Virus record (IMG/VR): IMGVR_UViG_2877182016_000001
Coordinates: 7,888-71,887 of that record
Reading direction: 5' to 3' (one strand)
Length of the DNA stretch: 64,000 nt
Source: a virus
Shown: one piece after another, positions 18,301 through 26,697 of the stretch
How the letters are laid out: each line of letters starts with the position of its first letter
Numbering within the stretch: position 1 is the first letter of the stretch
Made by a program: the position numbers and the translations under genes
Notes under the pieces: generated by a model
Database searches by the model: none
Told to the model about the DNA's origin: nothing
Seen by the model: only the letters and a program-made list of their open reading frames with translations

Positions 18301-18792
18301 ACCTTGCGGAGCATCCAGAATTATCAGATCGCGGACAAGAGCTTCACCGTCACGGAGAAGACGAAGAAGGAGGGTGGCTACACCGGTGGAATGTTCACCG
18401 GTGGCCACTTCCAGAAATTCGCAGGCGGCGGCATGTTCTCCGGCTACGTGGATCCGGCGTGGGCGCCCGGCAATGGTTTGAGCGACAGCGTGTATCTGCT
18501 CAACGCTCGTCTTACCGCGGGCGAGTTCACGCACAATGCTGCGGCCACGGCTTATTACGGTGTCGATAACATGCGCCTGTTGAACGAGCGGAAGATTCCA
18601 CGCGAAGTGTTTGCCACAGCGAATCAGATGACAGGCAATCAGGTCAGCGTACAGGTTGATACCGCTTCCGTGGTGGCGGCGATAACCAGCCTGCACAACG
18701 ATCTTGGCGCGATTATCAGCGCCGCGTCCGATGATTCGACGGTCGGCGACCGTGACTTGGGGAGGTTGATCCGCAGATATGCGCGAGCTTAA
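15391..18792 (+). CDS. Tape measure protein
   Basis: ~1130 aa, Ala-rich, TP901-type core, C-terminal LDATDKAS repeats; TTG start after GGAGG. Confidence 0.9.
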   Translation: MAENKNIVIRLMADTASYEAAMTRAGSTAKTVASGMENTGRKSALIASGMTAAGLAVAAFGVAAVKMAADFDQQMSTVQANTGATSAQMDQLRAAAIEAGASTVYSASDSADAINDLGKAGMSVTDILTGGLSGALNLAASDGMAVGDAAEYMANALSMFHLKGSQASQVADTLAAGAGKAVGNVSDFGEALNNCGAQANSFGMNVQETTGVLALFAQNGTIGAEAGTQLNSMLMKLAAPSAEASNTMKELGISAYDAQHHFVGMANFAGQLQKAEKGLTDEQRNQANATIFGSYAIKAANYLYEAGESGVNKWTKAVSESGYAAEQAAAKNNNLKGDLENLGGSMESLMISVGEGAQGPLRKMVQGLDTLVDAFAGLPSGAQQTLVVMASLAGVFGAVHKAAGNLNGSTSTMANNIGLAIDPIQRVKTALGSAQTAFDLFKGSSMSASEQMEAFGTSASKAQLKTAGFKAVGSSIMSLLGGPWGIALTVAGVALSAFISQQQKAKAASEQLESALESGSDVASEIAGAYQDMSSGGVKLTTWLDKAGISLTDMTSAAMGNEAALKRVNKQIKEIDKPGIGGTAAAAIKKALKEESKAYDDAAKKANEKSKAAKNAVDADGKSASAAKEAASANKDLADSASDASEEIDDLVQALFGLESGNLTADQAVDQLNQKIGELSKTCEDNGVVFDQSGNLLDRFSEEGTKTKQALEDIASSAQNAAEKILKQGESTGFSSGEIERANGVLQDARDAIIRQAEASGMSEQAANALADRWGLSSDSIKASIDNIRMTADNNKAKLDVDDSKAKSKTDNAKKNVDSVNKAKGTAKLDADDKASGKAKNAEKNVESANKSKGKATLDATDKASGKADKAKSSVRSVNNAKGTAKLDATDKASGKINAVNGMKLNNKNMVLTASDHASSKINAVNNKRLNNKKTTLNASDKASSKVDSVNRKTIGDKHFTVRVTDHASATLRSIQNYQIADKSFTVTEKTKKEGGYTGGMFTGGHFQKFAGGGMFSGYVDPAWAPGNGLSDSVYLLNARLTAGEFTHNAAATAYYGVDNMRLLNERKIPREVFATANQMTGNQVSVQVDTASVVAAITSLHNDLGAIISAASDDSTVGDRDLGRLIRRYARA

Positions 18793-19633
18793 GTACACGT
18801 CGCATGATGGCACGGTCGTCGACCTCAACGCCGATGATCTGTGGGTGGCTGACCTGCAGGAAATGCGCGGATACGCATGGACGTACACGCTGGCCACTCG
18901 CGGCATCAAATCGGTGAGCCGGAACGCTTCGACGGCGAAAATGACCGTCCGCACCAAAACGCCAGCCGTATTGGATGCCGCTCAGACAGCCTTCGATGCT
19001 GACGTGCAGGCAGTCCGGCCTGGCACGTTGACGGTTGATGGCGAATGGACGCAACAAGCTTATGTCGTCGGTTCTTCGCTCGGTCTGGTGCCATGGCCGG
19101 AATACGCGCAAGTCGATTACACGATTGTCCTTTGCGATGGCGTCTGGCGTCGCGCGCTGCCGGTGCAGCATTTCTTCCCGATGACGGCAGGCACCGGTGC
19201 GCAGATTGACCTTCCACTGGACTTGCCGACCGATTTGGCTCCGTCGAAAATCGCCTTGACGGTGAATAATCCGACCGGCAAGGCCGCTGAGTTCACTGCG
19301 GTCATTTTCGGCCCTTGCGTCAACCCGTCTTTCCAGATTGGCGGCAACACTTACGCGGTTGATGTGACAGTGCCGGAAGGCGGTCATGTGTCACTGTCGG
19401 CCACCGGATTGCGGAAGACGATAACGCTGACAGCCGAAAACGGCGACGTTTCGGATGTTTTCGACAAGGGCGTTCGCGGCAACGGCAGCGGAAGCGGCTC
19501 ATATGTTTTCGAGCCGATACCGGCCGGAGATTCGCTATTGACGGTATCCGGCAATTATGGCATCGACTTGACCATGTTTGACGTCTCAGGAGGTGTGCCA
19601 TGGCTGACGTTATCATCGCAGACGGCAAGCTGA
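18779..19633 (+). CDS. Distal tail protein (Dit-like)
   Basis: Follows the tape measure gene; IFGPCVNP motif. Confidence 0.7.
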   Translation: MRELKYTSHDGTVVDLNADDLWVADLQEMRGYAWTYTLATRGIKSVSRNASTAKMTVRTKTPAVLDAAQTAFDADVQAVRPGTLTVDGEWTQQAYVVGSSLGLVPWPEYAQVDYTIVLCDGVWRRALPVQHFFPMTAGTGAQIDLPLDLPTDLAPSKIALTVNNPTGKAAEFTAVIFGPCVNPSFQIGGNTYAVDVTVPEGGHVSLSATGLRKTITLTAENGDVSDVFDKGVRGNGSGSGSYVFEPIPAGDSLLTVSGNYGIDLTMFDVSGGVPWLTLSSQTAS

Positions 19634-21156
19634 CGCCACATGCGAGCGTATCGCAGGTGACGTTGGATTGGGCTTGCGGCACGGACGAAAACGACTTCGA
19701 ACTGACCATCGACGATCCGGATGCGCCGGAAATCGAACATGGCTGGTATTTCTGGCTTGACGGCAGTGACGTGGGCGGACGGATCATCGACCGTCGTGTA
19801 ACTGTTTCCGGTGGCGTGTCCACGACCACGTGGATCGGCCAATCATGGACCGGAATGCTGGCAGCGAAGATATTGCAGCCGGACGCGAATCAGGATTACC
19901 TGACCGTCTCCGGCAAGCTGCCTGACATCCTCAAAAACCTTTTGAAGCGCATCGGTTTGGATACGGTTTTCACTGTCGATTCCTCCGATGCTTCCACTTT
20001 GTCGAATTGGATGTTCCAGAATCCACGCTACGTGGACGCCTACACAGGATTCCGCAATCTGCTCGCATCCTGCGGCAGACGCCTCGACTTCCAGGCCAAG
20101 GATAATCACATCCTGCTTGGCATCACGCCGGTCGGCATCATCGACAACACGATCGATTCTGACTTGGTGGATTTCAAGGCCGAGACCAACCGTCGTGCGG
20201 TGAATCATCTTATCGGCCTTGGCTCGCAGGAGCTCAAGGACCGTCTGGTGGTTAATTATTTCGCGGATGCAACCGGCGTGGTGAGTCAGACGCAGACGCT
20301 CGTTGGCGCCGATGAGGTATGCGCCACATACGACTATTCCAACGCGGATTTGGGCACGCTGCAATCCGAGACGCAGAAGCATTTGCAGGAATTGCAGACC
20401 GGTGGTTCGGTCGAGGTGACGTTGTCCGATGAGGTCGGCGACGGTCTGCGTGTGGATGACAAGATTGTTGCGACGGATCAGGCTTCCGGCGTCAACGTCA
20501 CCGCCGTGGTGACGAAACGGATCGTGAAAATCGATTCCGGGATTTTGACTTCGACGTTCGAGGTCGGACTGCCTGTACAGTCGGCGAACGCGAACTATTC
20601 CGGTTCTTCCTCTTCGTCTTCGGGTTCGGCTGGCGGTGGCGTGTCTTTGACGGCTGGCCGTGGCCTGTCGATTTCAGGCGGCACGATCACGGCGGAAGTC
20701 GCTTCCGAGGATTTGGATGCCGTCAGGCAGGTCGCCGAGTCGGCGGACAGGACGGCTTCCGGTTTCGCGGCGCAGATCGGCAAGGCGAATCAGACCGCCG
20801 AGGATGCGAAGAACGTCGCCGATGCGGCCAAGAGCGTGGCCGACAGTGCCAAGTCGGGCATGATGACCGATTCCGAGCGGTCGAAGCTCGCTTCGGTCGA
20901 ACGGGGCGCGAACGCCTACACGTTGCCGAAGGCGTCCGCGGACGTGCTGGGCGGCGTGAGGGTGGACGGTTCCTCGATCGTGAGCGTGGATGGCGTCATC
21001 AGCGCGCATGTCGGCGGCGGCGCTTCCGGGAGGGTCGTGTTCCCGATCGGATACGTGGTCCAGAACACGACTGGTGTTGACCCTTCCGTTGATTTCGGCG
21101 GGACGTGGAGGCAGTTGCCTTCGCTTGGCTGTTTCACTTTTGAAAGGATTGGCTAG
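19600..21156 (+). CDS. Baseplate hub/tail protein
   Basis: Position after Dit; C-terminal FPIGYV...GGTW motif. Confidence 0.65.
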   Translation: MADVIIADGKLTPHASVSQVTLDWACGTDENDFELTIDDPDAPEIEHGWYFWLDGSDVGGRIIDRRVTVSGGVSTTTWIGQSWTGMLAAKILQPDANQDYLTVSGKLPDILKNLLKRIGLDTVFTVDSSDASTLSNWMFQNPRYVDAYTGFRNLLASCGRRLDFQAKDNHILLGITPVGIIDNTIDSDLVDFKAETNRRAVNHLIGLGSQELKDRLVVNYFADATGVVSQTQTLVGADEVCATYDYSNADLGTLQSETQKHLQELQTGGSVEVTLSDEVGDGLRVDDKIVATDQASGVNVTAVVTKRIVKIDSGILTSTFEVGLPVQSANANYSGSSSSSSGSAGGGVSLTAGRGLSISGGTITAEVASEDLDAVRQVAESADRTASGFAAQIGKANQTAEDAKNVADAAKSVADSAKSGMMTDSERSKLASVERGANAYTLPKASADVLGGVRVDGSSIVSVDGVISAHVGGGASGRVVFPIGYVVQNTTGVDPSVDFGGTWRQLPSLGCFTFERIG

Positions 21157-21407
21157 TGAAATCTGACGGTTACTCGAAGTACGTATGCGACAAGTGCGGC
21201 AAGACCGCTTATGTCGCCGCTGGCGATACGGAGGCTCGTGAATGGTTCACCGTGCGCCGCTATTCGGCTGGCAAGGCGACCCGCATCGCGGATGATGTGG
21301 CACCTGACATCTACGAATTGTGTTCCCAATGCAATGCGTCTTTCATGGCGTTCATGCAGCAGGATGACGCTTCGTTTGAAGCATGGTTGAAGGAGGTTGA
21401 ACAATGA
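21156..21407 (+). CDS. Small Cys-containing tail-module protein
   Basis: CDKC...CSQC; identical copy at 63609..63860. Confidence 0.6.
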   Translation: MKSDGYSKYVCDKCGKTAYVAAGDTEAREWFTVRRYSAGKATRIADDVAPDIYELCSQCNASFMAFMQQDDASFEAWLKEVEQ

Positions 21408-22231
21408 CCATCGAACTGGTTGACGGCAAGGCCGGAGTTGCACACATCTCAAGCGAGGACAAGGCGATCATCCATCAGGCCAAGTTCTCGAAGTCCGACG
21501 TGGTGTTCGACTGGGGCGACGTGTTCAAATGTTCGATGAGTTCGTCCAACAGGGCGACGATCGGCACCGGCTGCGCGTCGATTCAAGGCTTGGACTGGCA
21601 TATCACGTCGGCGGAATCGGTGACGATCTCCAACGGGTCGCAGGGCATGAAACGCAATGACATCATCTGCGCACACTACCATCGAGATTCCAAGACCGGT
21701 AATGAGAATGTGGCATTGACCGTGTTGAAGGGTTCTCCGAATGCGACTGCCGCCGCTGACCCGACCATTCCGTCAGGGAAGATATTGTCCGGCGCGGTTG
21801 ACGCATACATGCCGTTGTGGAGGATACCGCTTGACGGCATCACGGTCGGCACGCCGGTACGCCTGTTCACGCCGAGAGGGGCTTTGTGGGATTCCGTAAC
21901 CCCGATTCATTTCACGAAACTGACCACCGACCCGGAATTCACAATCAGTGGATGCATCGTCAATGGTTTGGCGACCGTCTACTGCCGGTGGGTCAACAAA
22001 GGGCCTTTCGGCAATAAGGCGTGGAATGGAGTGGCTTTGGCAAGCATGGACGTGCGGTCCACCAGCGAAGCCTTCAACATGTTCGTAGACAATTCCCCTG
22101 AAGAGCGGATGCAGAACCATTTTCTGTACGTCGCGGGAAACACGGTTTCCTTCCGCACATCGTATGATGCGACCATTCCAGCAAACACATGGCATGTCGG
22201 CAGCGTATCGTTTCCGGTGACGACGGTTTAG
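21404..22231 (+). CDS. Tail/receptor-binding protein: constant N-terminus plus currently expressed shufflon cassette
   Basis: Crossover site TTCCGTAACC in frame (W-D-S-V-T) at 21892-21901. Confidence 0.8.
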   Translation: MTIELVDGKAGVAHISSEDKAIIHQAKFSKSDVVFDWGDVFKCSMSSSNRATIGTGCASIQGLDWHITSAESVTISNGSQGMKRNDIICAHYHRDSKTGNENVALTVLKGSPNATAAADPTIPSGKILSGAVDAYMPLWRIPLDGITVGTPVRLFTPRGALWDSVTPIHFTKLTTDPEFTISGCIVNGLATVYCRWVNKGPFGNKAWNGVALASMDVRSTSEAFNMFVDNSPEERMQNHFLYVAGNTVSFRTSYDATIPANTWHVGSVSFPVTTV

Positions 22232-22313
22232 GCAACGATATAGGTCATCGTTGTGGCAAAAAGCCGCCGTTCTGGCTACCGCCGTAAGGTGATAAGCGTC
22301 TGTGGTTACGGAA
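22228..22313 (-). pseudogene. Degenerate short shufflon cassette
   Basis: Under 90 nt after the crossover site. A plausible C-terminus FATTMTYIVA* is out of frame with SVT. Confidence 0.55.
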
Positions 22314-22358
22314 TCCCAATTATGCATATTCCACATCGCATGGTTGCTGGCTGACGAC

Positions 22359-22716
22359 CTAAACGAATTCCACACCATCGGGCACCGGAATGGTCTTCGA
22401 GAAGCATTGGACGATATCGGACGAACCCACGCCTCCGATAAGCGTCACCGACCCGTCAACGTTCCACCTCGCCTGTTTGCCATACGCGGTGCCGTGCACG
22501 TTCGCGACACACCCAAGACCGACCGTTTTGGAGGGCTTCACGCCCGCTTGGAACAGCCAGACAGGGTAATCGCCGACTTTCACGGTGCTTCGGAACGAAG
22601 ACAGGTCCACGAAAATCAGACCGTCTTTGACCGTGATGGTGTTCGAAGCGCCATAAGAAGCCGGAACGAACGATGCGGTGTCCTGCCATTGCAGTTGGCA
22701 TAGCTGGGTTACGGAA
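22359..22716 (-). CDS. Silent shufflon cassette (alternative RBP C-terminus)
   Basis: Open from the site: SVTQLCQLQWQDTAS...IPVPDGVEFV*; a stop lies just upstream of the site. Confidence 0.85.
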
Positions 22717-22718
22717 AA

Positions 22719-23046
22719 CTATTGCTTCGCGTCGAAGACGTGGACAGTCACGGCGATGCGATAGCTCAGCGACGTGCCGCTGGCGTTCCATGCGACAAGC
22801 TGAAATCCTTTTGCCGAATGACTGTTCGTAATCATCGAGATGTTGTTGAACGACGGCACTTTGTTTTTAGCGTCGTTCATCAACTGCAATTCGACGGAGT
22901 ATGAATCCCAGTTTGCCGCTTCGATCGGCAGCTTGATGTCTATTGACGTGTTCGTATTCGGTTTGAAAACCATGCTTGCGACGGAGTAGGCGTCATAGCC
23001 TCTGGGGCGCGCGACCACGACCCATTCACCCGACTGGGTTACGGAA
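22719..23046 (-). CDS. Silent shufflon cassette
   Basis: SVTQSGEWVVVARPRG...VHVFDAKQ*. Confidence 0.85.
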
Positions 23047-23054
23047 AACTATCC

Positions 23055-23349
23055 TCATGGGATCGGATAGCAGAGCGAGCCGACGCAACCCTGATTGCTG
23101 CCAGCGGCTCCCATGTTCGCGCATCTGATGGTGCCGTTCGGATTAACGATGAGCGTCCTCGCCGTCTGCCCGTTCGACACGCACACCATTCCATTGACCT
23201 CGACCGGAGGACGCAATTCGGCGGGCAGCACGTATTCGCATTGCACTAAATCCCAACTGCCATTACCGATATTGCCGGAGTATTTGACCAGCATCATCAT
23301 GCCGGTGCGGATGACCGTGAAGCCCTTCGCATTGTACAGGGTTACGGAA
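23055..23349 (-). CDS. Silent shufflon cassette
   Basis: SVTLYNAKGFTVIRTG...LPAELRPP...SLCYPIP*; tail-fibre-tip-like LP..RP motif. Confidence 0.85.
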
Positions 23350-23354
23350 TGCTA

Positions 23355-24227
23355 TCAGCAGGTCAATATGAGTTTCTGCCATGCTTTCTGCATGTCCTTG
23401 AGGACGCTCAGATCGGGCTTGAGGTAATACCGTGCGGTGGTTTGGATGTCGGAGTGTCCGAGCTGCCGTGCGACCACGCTGATGTCGGTTCCGGCCTTGA
23501 TCGCCAACGTGCCGAACGTGTGGCGTAGGTTGCGTGGAGGCACGCAGGGCAGTTTCATGCGCTTGCACCAGCTGCGGTAGTGGTTTGCCACTTGGTTCGC
23601 GTTCAGGTTGCCGACCAGTCGGCCGGTCTTCGTGCCGTGGCGTAGTTCCGCCAATCGTTTTATCGCGAACCGTGGCAATGCGACGGTACGTCGGCTCAGA
23701 TCGGTCTTCGGTTCGGTGACGGTCTCATGGCCCGCCACCCACTGCACCGACCTTTTCACCGTGACGGTGCCGCGACGCAGATCCAAGTCGGCCCATTCCA
23801 GGCCGACCGACTCGCAGCGGCGCAATCCAGCGCACACGGACACCAATAGCCACGCTTCCAATGGGTGCCCGTAGAAGCCTTTCAACAGTCGTCGTACTTC
23901 CGGCGCTGACAGTACTTGCGGCTCATAGTGCCGTAGGTGTGGCAGGCGTATCTCGCGTCTGGTCACGTCATTGTCGGTCAAACCGCGTTTGAACGCGAGG
24001 CGCAGTATCGCGCGGAACACCGCGTAGGCTTTGCGTGCCGCTCCCGGCTTGTCGAAGGAGTCCAACCATGATTCGATGTCCGCCACGCTGACCTCGTCCA
24101 TGTCCCTTCCGCTCCATTGCGGGAGGATATGGCAATTCAGGGCGCTTTCGTAGCCTACTTTGGTGCATTCGCGGAGTTTCGCACATGAGGGTTTCCAAAC
24201 GGTGGTCACGAATGTGTCGAAAAGCAT
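23355..24227 (-). CDS. rin: Tyrosine recombinase, shufflon invertase (Rin-like)
   Basis: Catalytic motifs GLRRCE, RNLRHT, LGHSD, TTARYY; abuts the last crossover site; RBS AAAGGAA. Confidence 0.85.
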   Translation of the reverse strand: MLFDTFVTTVWKPSCAKLRECTKVGYESALNCHILPQWSGRDMDEVSVADIESWLDSFDKPGAARKAYAVFRAILRLAFKRGLTDNDVTRREIRLPHLRHYEPQVLSAPEVRRLLKGFYGHPLEAWLLVSVCAGLRRCESVGLEWADLDLRRGTVTVKRSVQWVAGHETVTEPKTDLSRRTVALPRFAIKRLAELRHGTKTGRLVGNLNANQVANHYRSWCKRMKLPCVPPRNLRHTFGTLAIKAGTDISVVARQLGHSDIQTTARYYLKPDLSVLKDMQKAWQKLILTC

Positions 24228-24339
24228 TGGTTCCTTTCCAATTCTGTTGAATAATCCCACACATCGTCGTGTTGCCGTTGGATGGGCGCGTGTGTGGGTT
24301 TTCCTATTGTTCCATATCCCTGTTTTTTAGGAGGATATT

Positions 24340-24738
24340 TTGACTCAGATCAAATTCGATTTCGGACATCCAAGCGCGGATGGCATAGCGGACTTGGCTG
24401 GCGAGAAGATTCATGTGGTTCCGACCGACCGGTTCAGGAGCGGCAGTCGTATCGTCGTACGCGACTCGTTCGAGGTGCGTTTGGATGAGCACGGAACGGC
24501 GACCGTCACCGTTCCGCCGACCGACAGCACGTTCGCATATGAGGTGACTGTCGGAGAAAGTGAGGATACATGGCGTTTCGTCCGTTGCGTCCAAGTGCCG
24601 GATTCGGCCACCGTGTTGAATTTCTCCGATTTGGTCGAAGTCGATTCGACCACGCTCACACCGGTGCAGACCGGTAATCCGTTGGCTGATATCGACCAGT
24701 CCGATGTGGATTGGGCCCTGTCCACGATTAACGCCTGA
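24340..24738 (+). CDS. Tail-associated hypothetical protein (possible fibre adaptor)
   Basis: RBS AGGAGG plus TTG; beta-rich; precedes the DGR target gene. Confidence 0.65.
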   Translation: MTQIKFDFGHPSADGIADLAGEKIHVVPTDRFRSGSRIVVRDSFEVRLDEHGTATVTVPPTDSTFAYEVTVGESEDTWRFVRCVQVPDSATVLNFSDLVEVDSTTLTPVQTGNPLADIDQSDVDWALSTINA

Positions 24739-24755
24739 TTCCAAGGAGGTTTGTT

Positions 24756-26333
24756 TTGGCTAATCCTGATAAGTTTTTGCGTCTGCGTGACTATGCCCGT
24801 TTGGAGCGCGCGCAGAAGGATGGTGTCGTGGATGGCACCAAGTTCGCCTACGACAATGCGAAACACGTCGTGTCGAACATCCGCGAGTATTTCGACGCGC
24901 ATCGTGACGGACGCACGTATGGCGTGCGTTTCCCGCTCTATAGCTTCTCCAATTCGCCGGACGGCGTGAAGGTCGGCGACAATGCCGGTCTGACCGTCGT
25001 GCCGTCCACGAATTATCGTGCCGGACGCGACGATTACGCTGGTTTGAGCGCGTTCCGCGTGTTCGACGCTAACGTTACGGTGGCCGATGATGGCACGCCG
25101 GTCGTGAAGGCCATCAAGGGCTTGGCCGGCAATTACGCGAAGGACGGGTCGAATGGCGACGTGTTCGTCATCACCACCCCCGGCTTCTACCGGTTCGAGT
25201 TCGACACGAACCATTGCACCATCTGGTATTCGGACACGCAGTACGACGGCTATTCGCCGATGCCGGGCGCGCTGCTGCCGGACGGGTCTCTCCGCCCGTG
25301 CATGGCGTACGCGAAATACCCGCTGTCCAATTACGGCGGCAAGGCCGCGTCCGTCTCGGGTCAGATTCCGGCCACCATGAGCGAACAAGGCTCCGTGGCC
25401 GTAACCACCAGCAAAGGCAAGGGCTACAGCGGAAAGACCTCAGCCGACACGTTCTACATCCAGCTCATGCACATGCTCAAATACGCGTCCAAGGACATCG
25501 AACGCCACCTGGGCGGCGACTTCAACGGTTTCGCTCAGGTCAACGTCAGCAAGGCAGAAACCAACGTCACCCGCGCACTGGTCAAGGCCACCGATGCGGC
25601 AAGCATCGACCTCGGCTCCTACGTGAGCGTCGGCACCGGCACCGACCGCGGAGACAACAAGACCGGCGAGGCGGCGGCATGCCGCAAGGTCATCTCCAAG
25701 ACCGTCGTGGACTCGGCCACCACCGCGATCAACGTGTCCGGTGCGGCCTTCACGACCACGACGGCCATGCATGTCACCCAAATGCCGTACCTGACCGGTT
25801 CGACGGACGGCGTGCTCGGCAACGACGGCATCCCACGCGAGGATGTGTCCAAAACCCATCAGCCGATCAGGCTCCAGGGCATCGAACTGTTCGCCGGAGT
25901 CTACGAGACCGAGGGCGACATCATCCTGAAGAACGTGAAGGACTCGGACACTTCCGGCCATACCGAAGTGTGGAAGGTGTTCGACACCACCAAGGCGAGC
26001 GGCACCGCCATCACCGCCGACTACACGCATGTGGGCGACTATCCCGCCGTCAACGACAGGACCGACAACCAGTGGCAGTGGCAGACCGACTTCACCGAAA
26101 AGCACGGATTCCTGCTGCCCACCGGCGTCGGCGCGACAAGCACCAGCGGTCTGACCGACGCACTGATCATCAACCCGATCTCCTCTCCGGGACTGCATGA
26201 GTTGCTGCGCGGTGGCCATCTCTGGGACGGCTCGCACTGCGGGTTGTTCTTTGCGGACGGCCGGTACGTCCTCTCGCTCGCTTGGTGGTGCTTCGGCGGT
26301 CGCCTATCCGTTCTTGGCCGCACGCACGCCTAG
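24756..26333 (+). CDS. DGR target protein (tail fibre/adhesin with C-terminal CLec-like variable region)
   Basis: 3' end carries the VR; RGGxxW...WWxFGGR motif. Confidence 0.88.
   Translation: MANPDKFLRLRDYARLERAQKDGVVDGTKFAYDNAKHVVSNIREYFDAHRDGRTYGVRFPLYSFSNSPDGVKVGDNAGLTVVPSTNYRAGRDDYAGLSAFRVFDANVTVADDGTPVVKAIKGLAGNYAKDGSNGDVFVITTPGFYRFEFDTNHCTIWYSDTQYDGYSPMPGALLPDGSLRPCMAYAKYPLSNYGGKAASVSGQIPATMSEQGSVAVTTSKGKGYSGKTSADTFYIQLMHMLKYASKDIERHLGGDFNGFAQVNVSKAETNVTRALVKATDAASIDLGSYVSVGTGTDRGDNKTGEAAACRKVISKTVVDSATTAINVSGAAFTTTTAMHVTQMPYLTGSTDGVLGNDGIPREDVSKTHQPIRLQGIELFAGVYETEGDIILKNVKDSDTSGHTEVWKVFDTTKASGTAITADYTHVGDYPAVNDRTDNQWQWQTDFTEKHGFLLPTGVGATSTSGLTDALIINPISSPGLHELLRGGHLWDGSHCGLFFADGRYVLSLAWWCFGGRLSVLGRTHA
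26202..26303 (+). repeat. DGR variable repeat (VR)
   Basis: 102-nt ungapped match to the TR with 19 mismatches, 14 of them at TR adenines. Confidence 0.92.
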
Positions 26334-26360
26334 TGCGGGCGGTTGGGGGTGAGCGCCAGC

Positions 26361-26380
26361 GAGGGGGCGAAAGCCCCCTC
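26361..26380 (+). promoter_or_regulatory. DGR target-recognition hairpin
   Basis: GAGGGGGC-GAAA-GCCCCCTC: 8-bp GC stem with a 4-nt loop downstream of the VR, as in the BPP-1 DGR. Confidence 0.8.
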
Positions 26381-26449
26381 ATCACCCTCGTATGACTCTT
26401 GATAATATTTCAGGGATTCGTGACGGCTTCGCCGGGTTCCTCCCGTCTC

Positions 26450-26551
26450 TTGCAGCGCGGTGGCAATCTCAGGAACGGCTCGCACTGCGGGTTGTTCAGC
26501 GCGAACGGCAGGAACGATCTGTCGAACGCGTGGTGGAACTACGGCGGTCGC
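26450..26551 (+). ncRNA. DGR template repeat (TR)
   Basis: AAC-rich copy of the VR between target and RT; bracketed by a 9-bp inverted repeat. Confidence 0.92.
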
Positions 26552-26697
26552 ACATAAGGGTTAACCATTTTCCGTCACGACTACCCTCCGCTTTCGGGGA
26601 TATGCGAGAGGGCAAGCCTCGGCCATGCCGAAAATCGAATCAAGCACGCGGCTGGTAGCACATTGCGAACGCCGCCAACATTCCCCTTATAGCTTTT

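Larger units (their letters stand above)
21892..23349. repeat. Shufflon crossover sites (rix-like), core TTCCGTAACC
   Basis: + strand at 21892-21901; - strand at 22304-22313, 22707-22716, 23037-23046, 23340-23349. Confidence 0.9.

Noticed and set aside
21892..23349. CRISPR-like array
   Set aside because: The repeats are 10-16 nt, in mixed orientation, mostly ~300-400 nt apart and separated by coding cassettes; no cas genes.
21404..23349. Second DGR target among the shufflon cassettes
   Set aside because: No TR-like sequence was seen by eye there or elsewhere in the window; a formal alignment was not run.
23355..24227. Second prophage integrase marking a boundary
   Set aside because: It lacks an arm-binding domain, sits inside the tail module and abuts inverted crossover sites, which fits an invertase.
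26392..26658. 88-aa ORF over the TR as avd
   Set aside because: It is an off-frame reading of the TR, too short, has no RBS and no Avd-like features.
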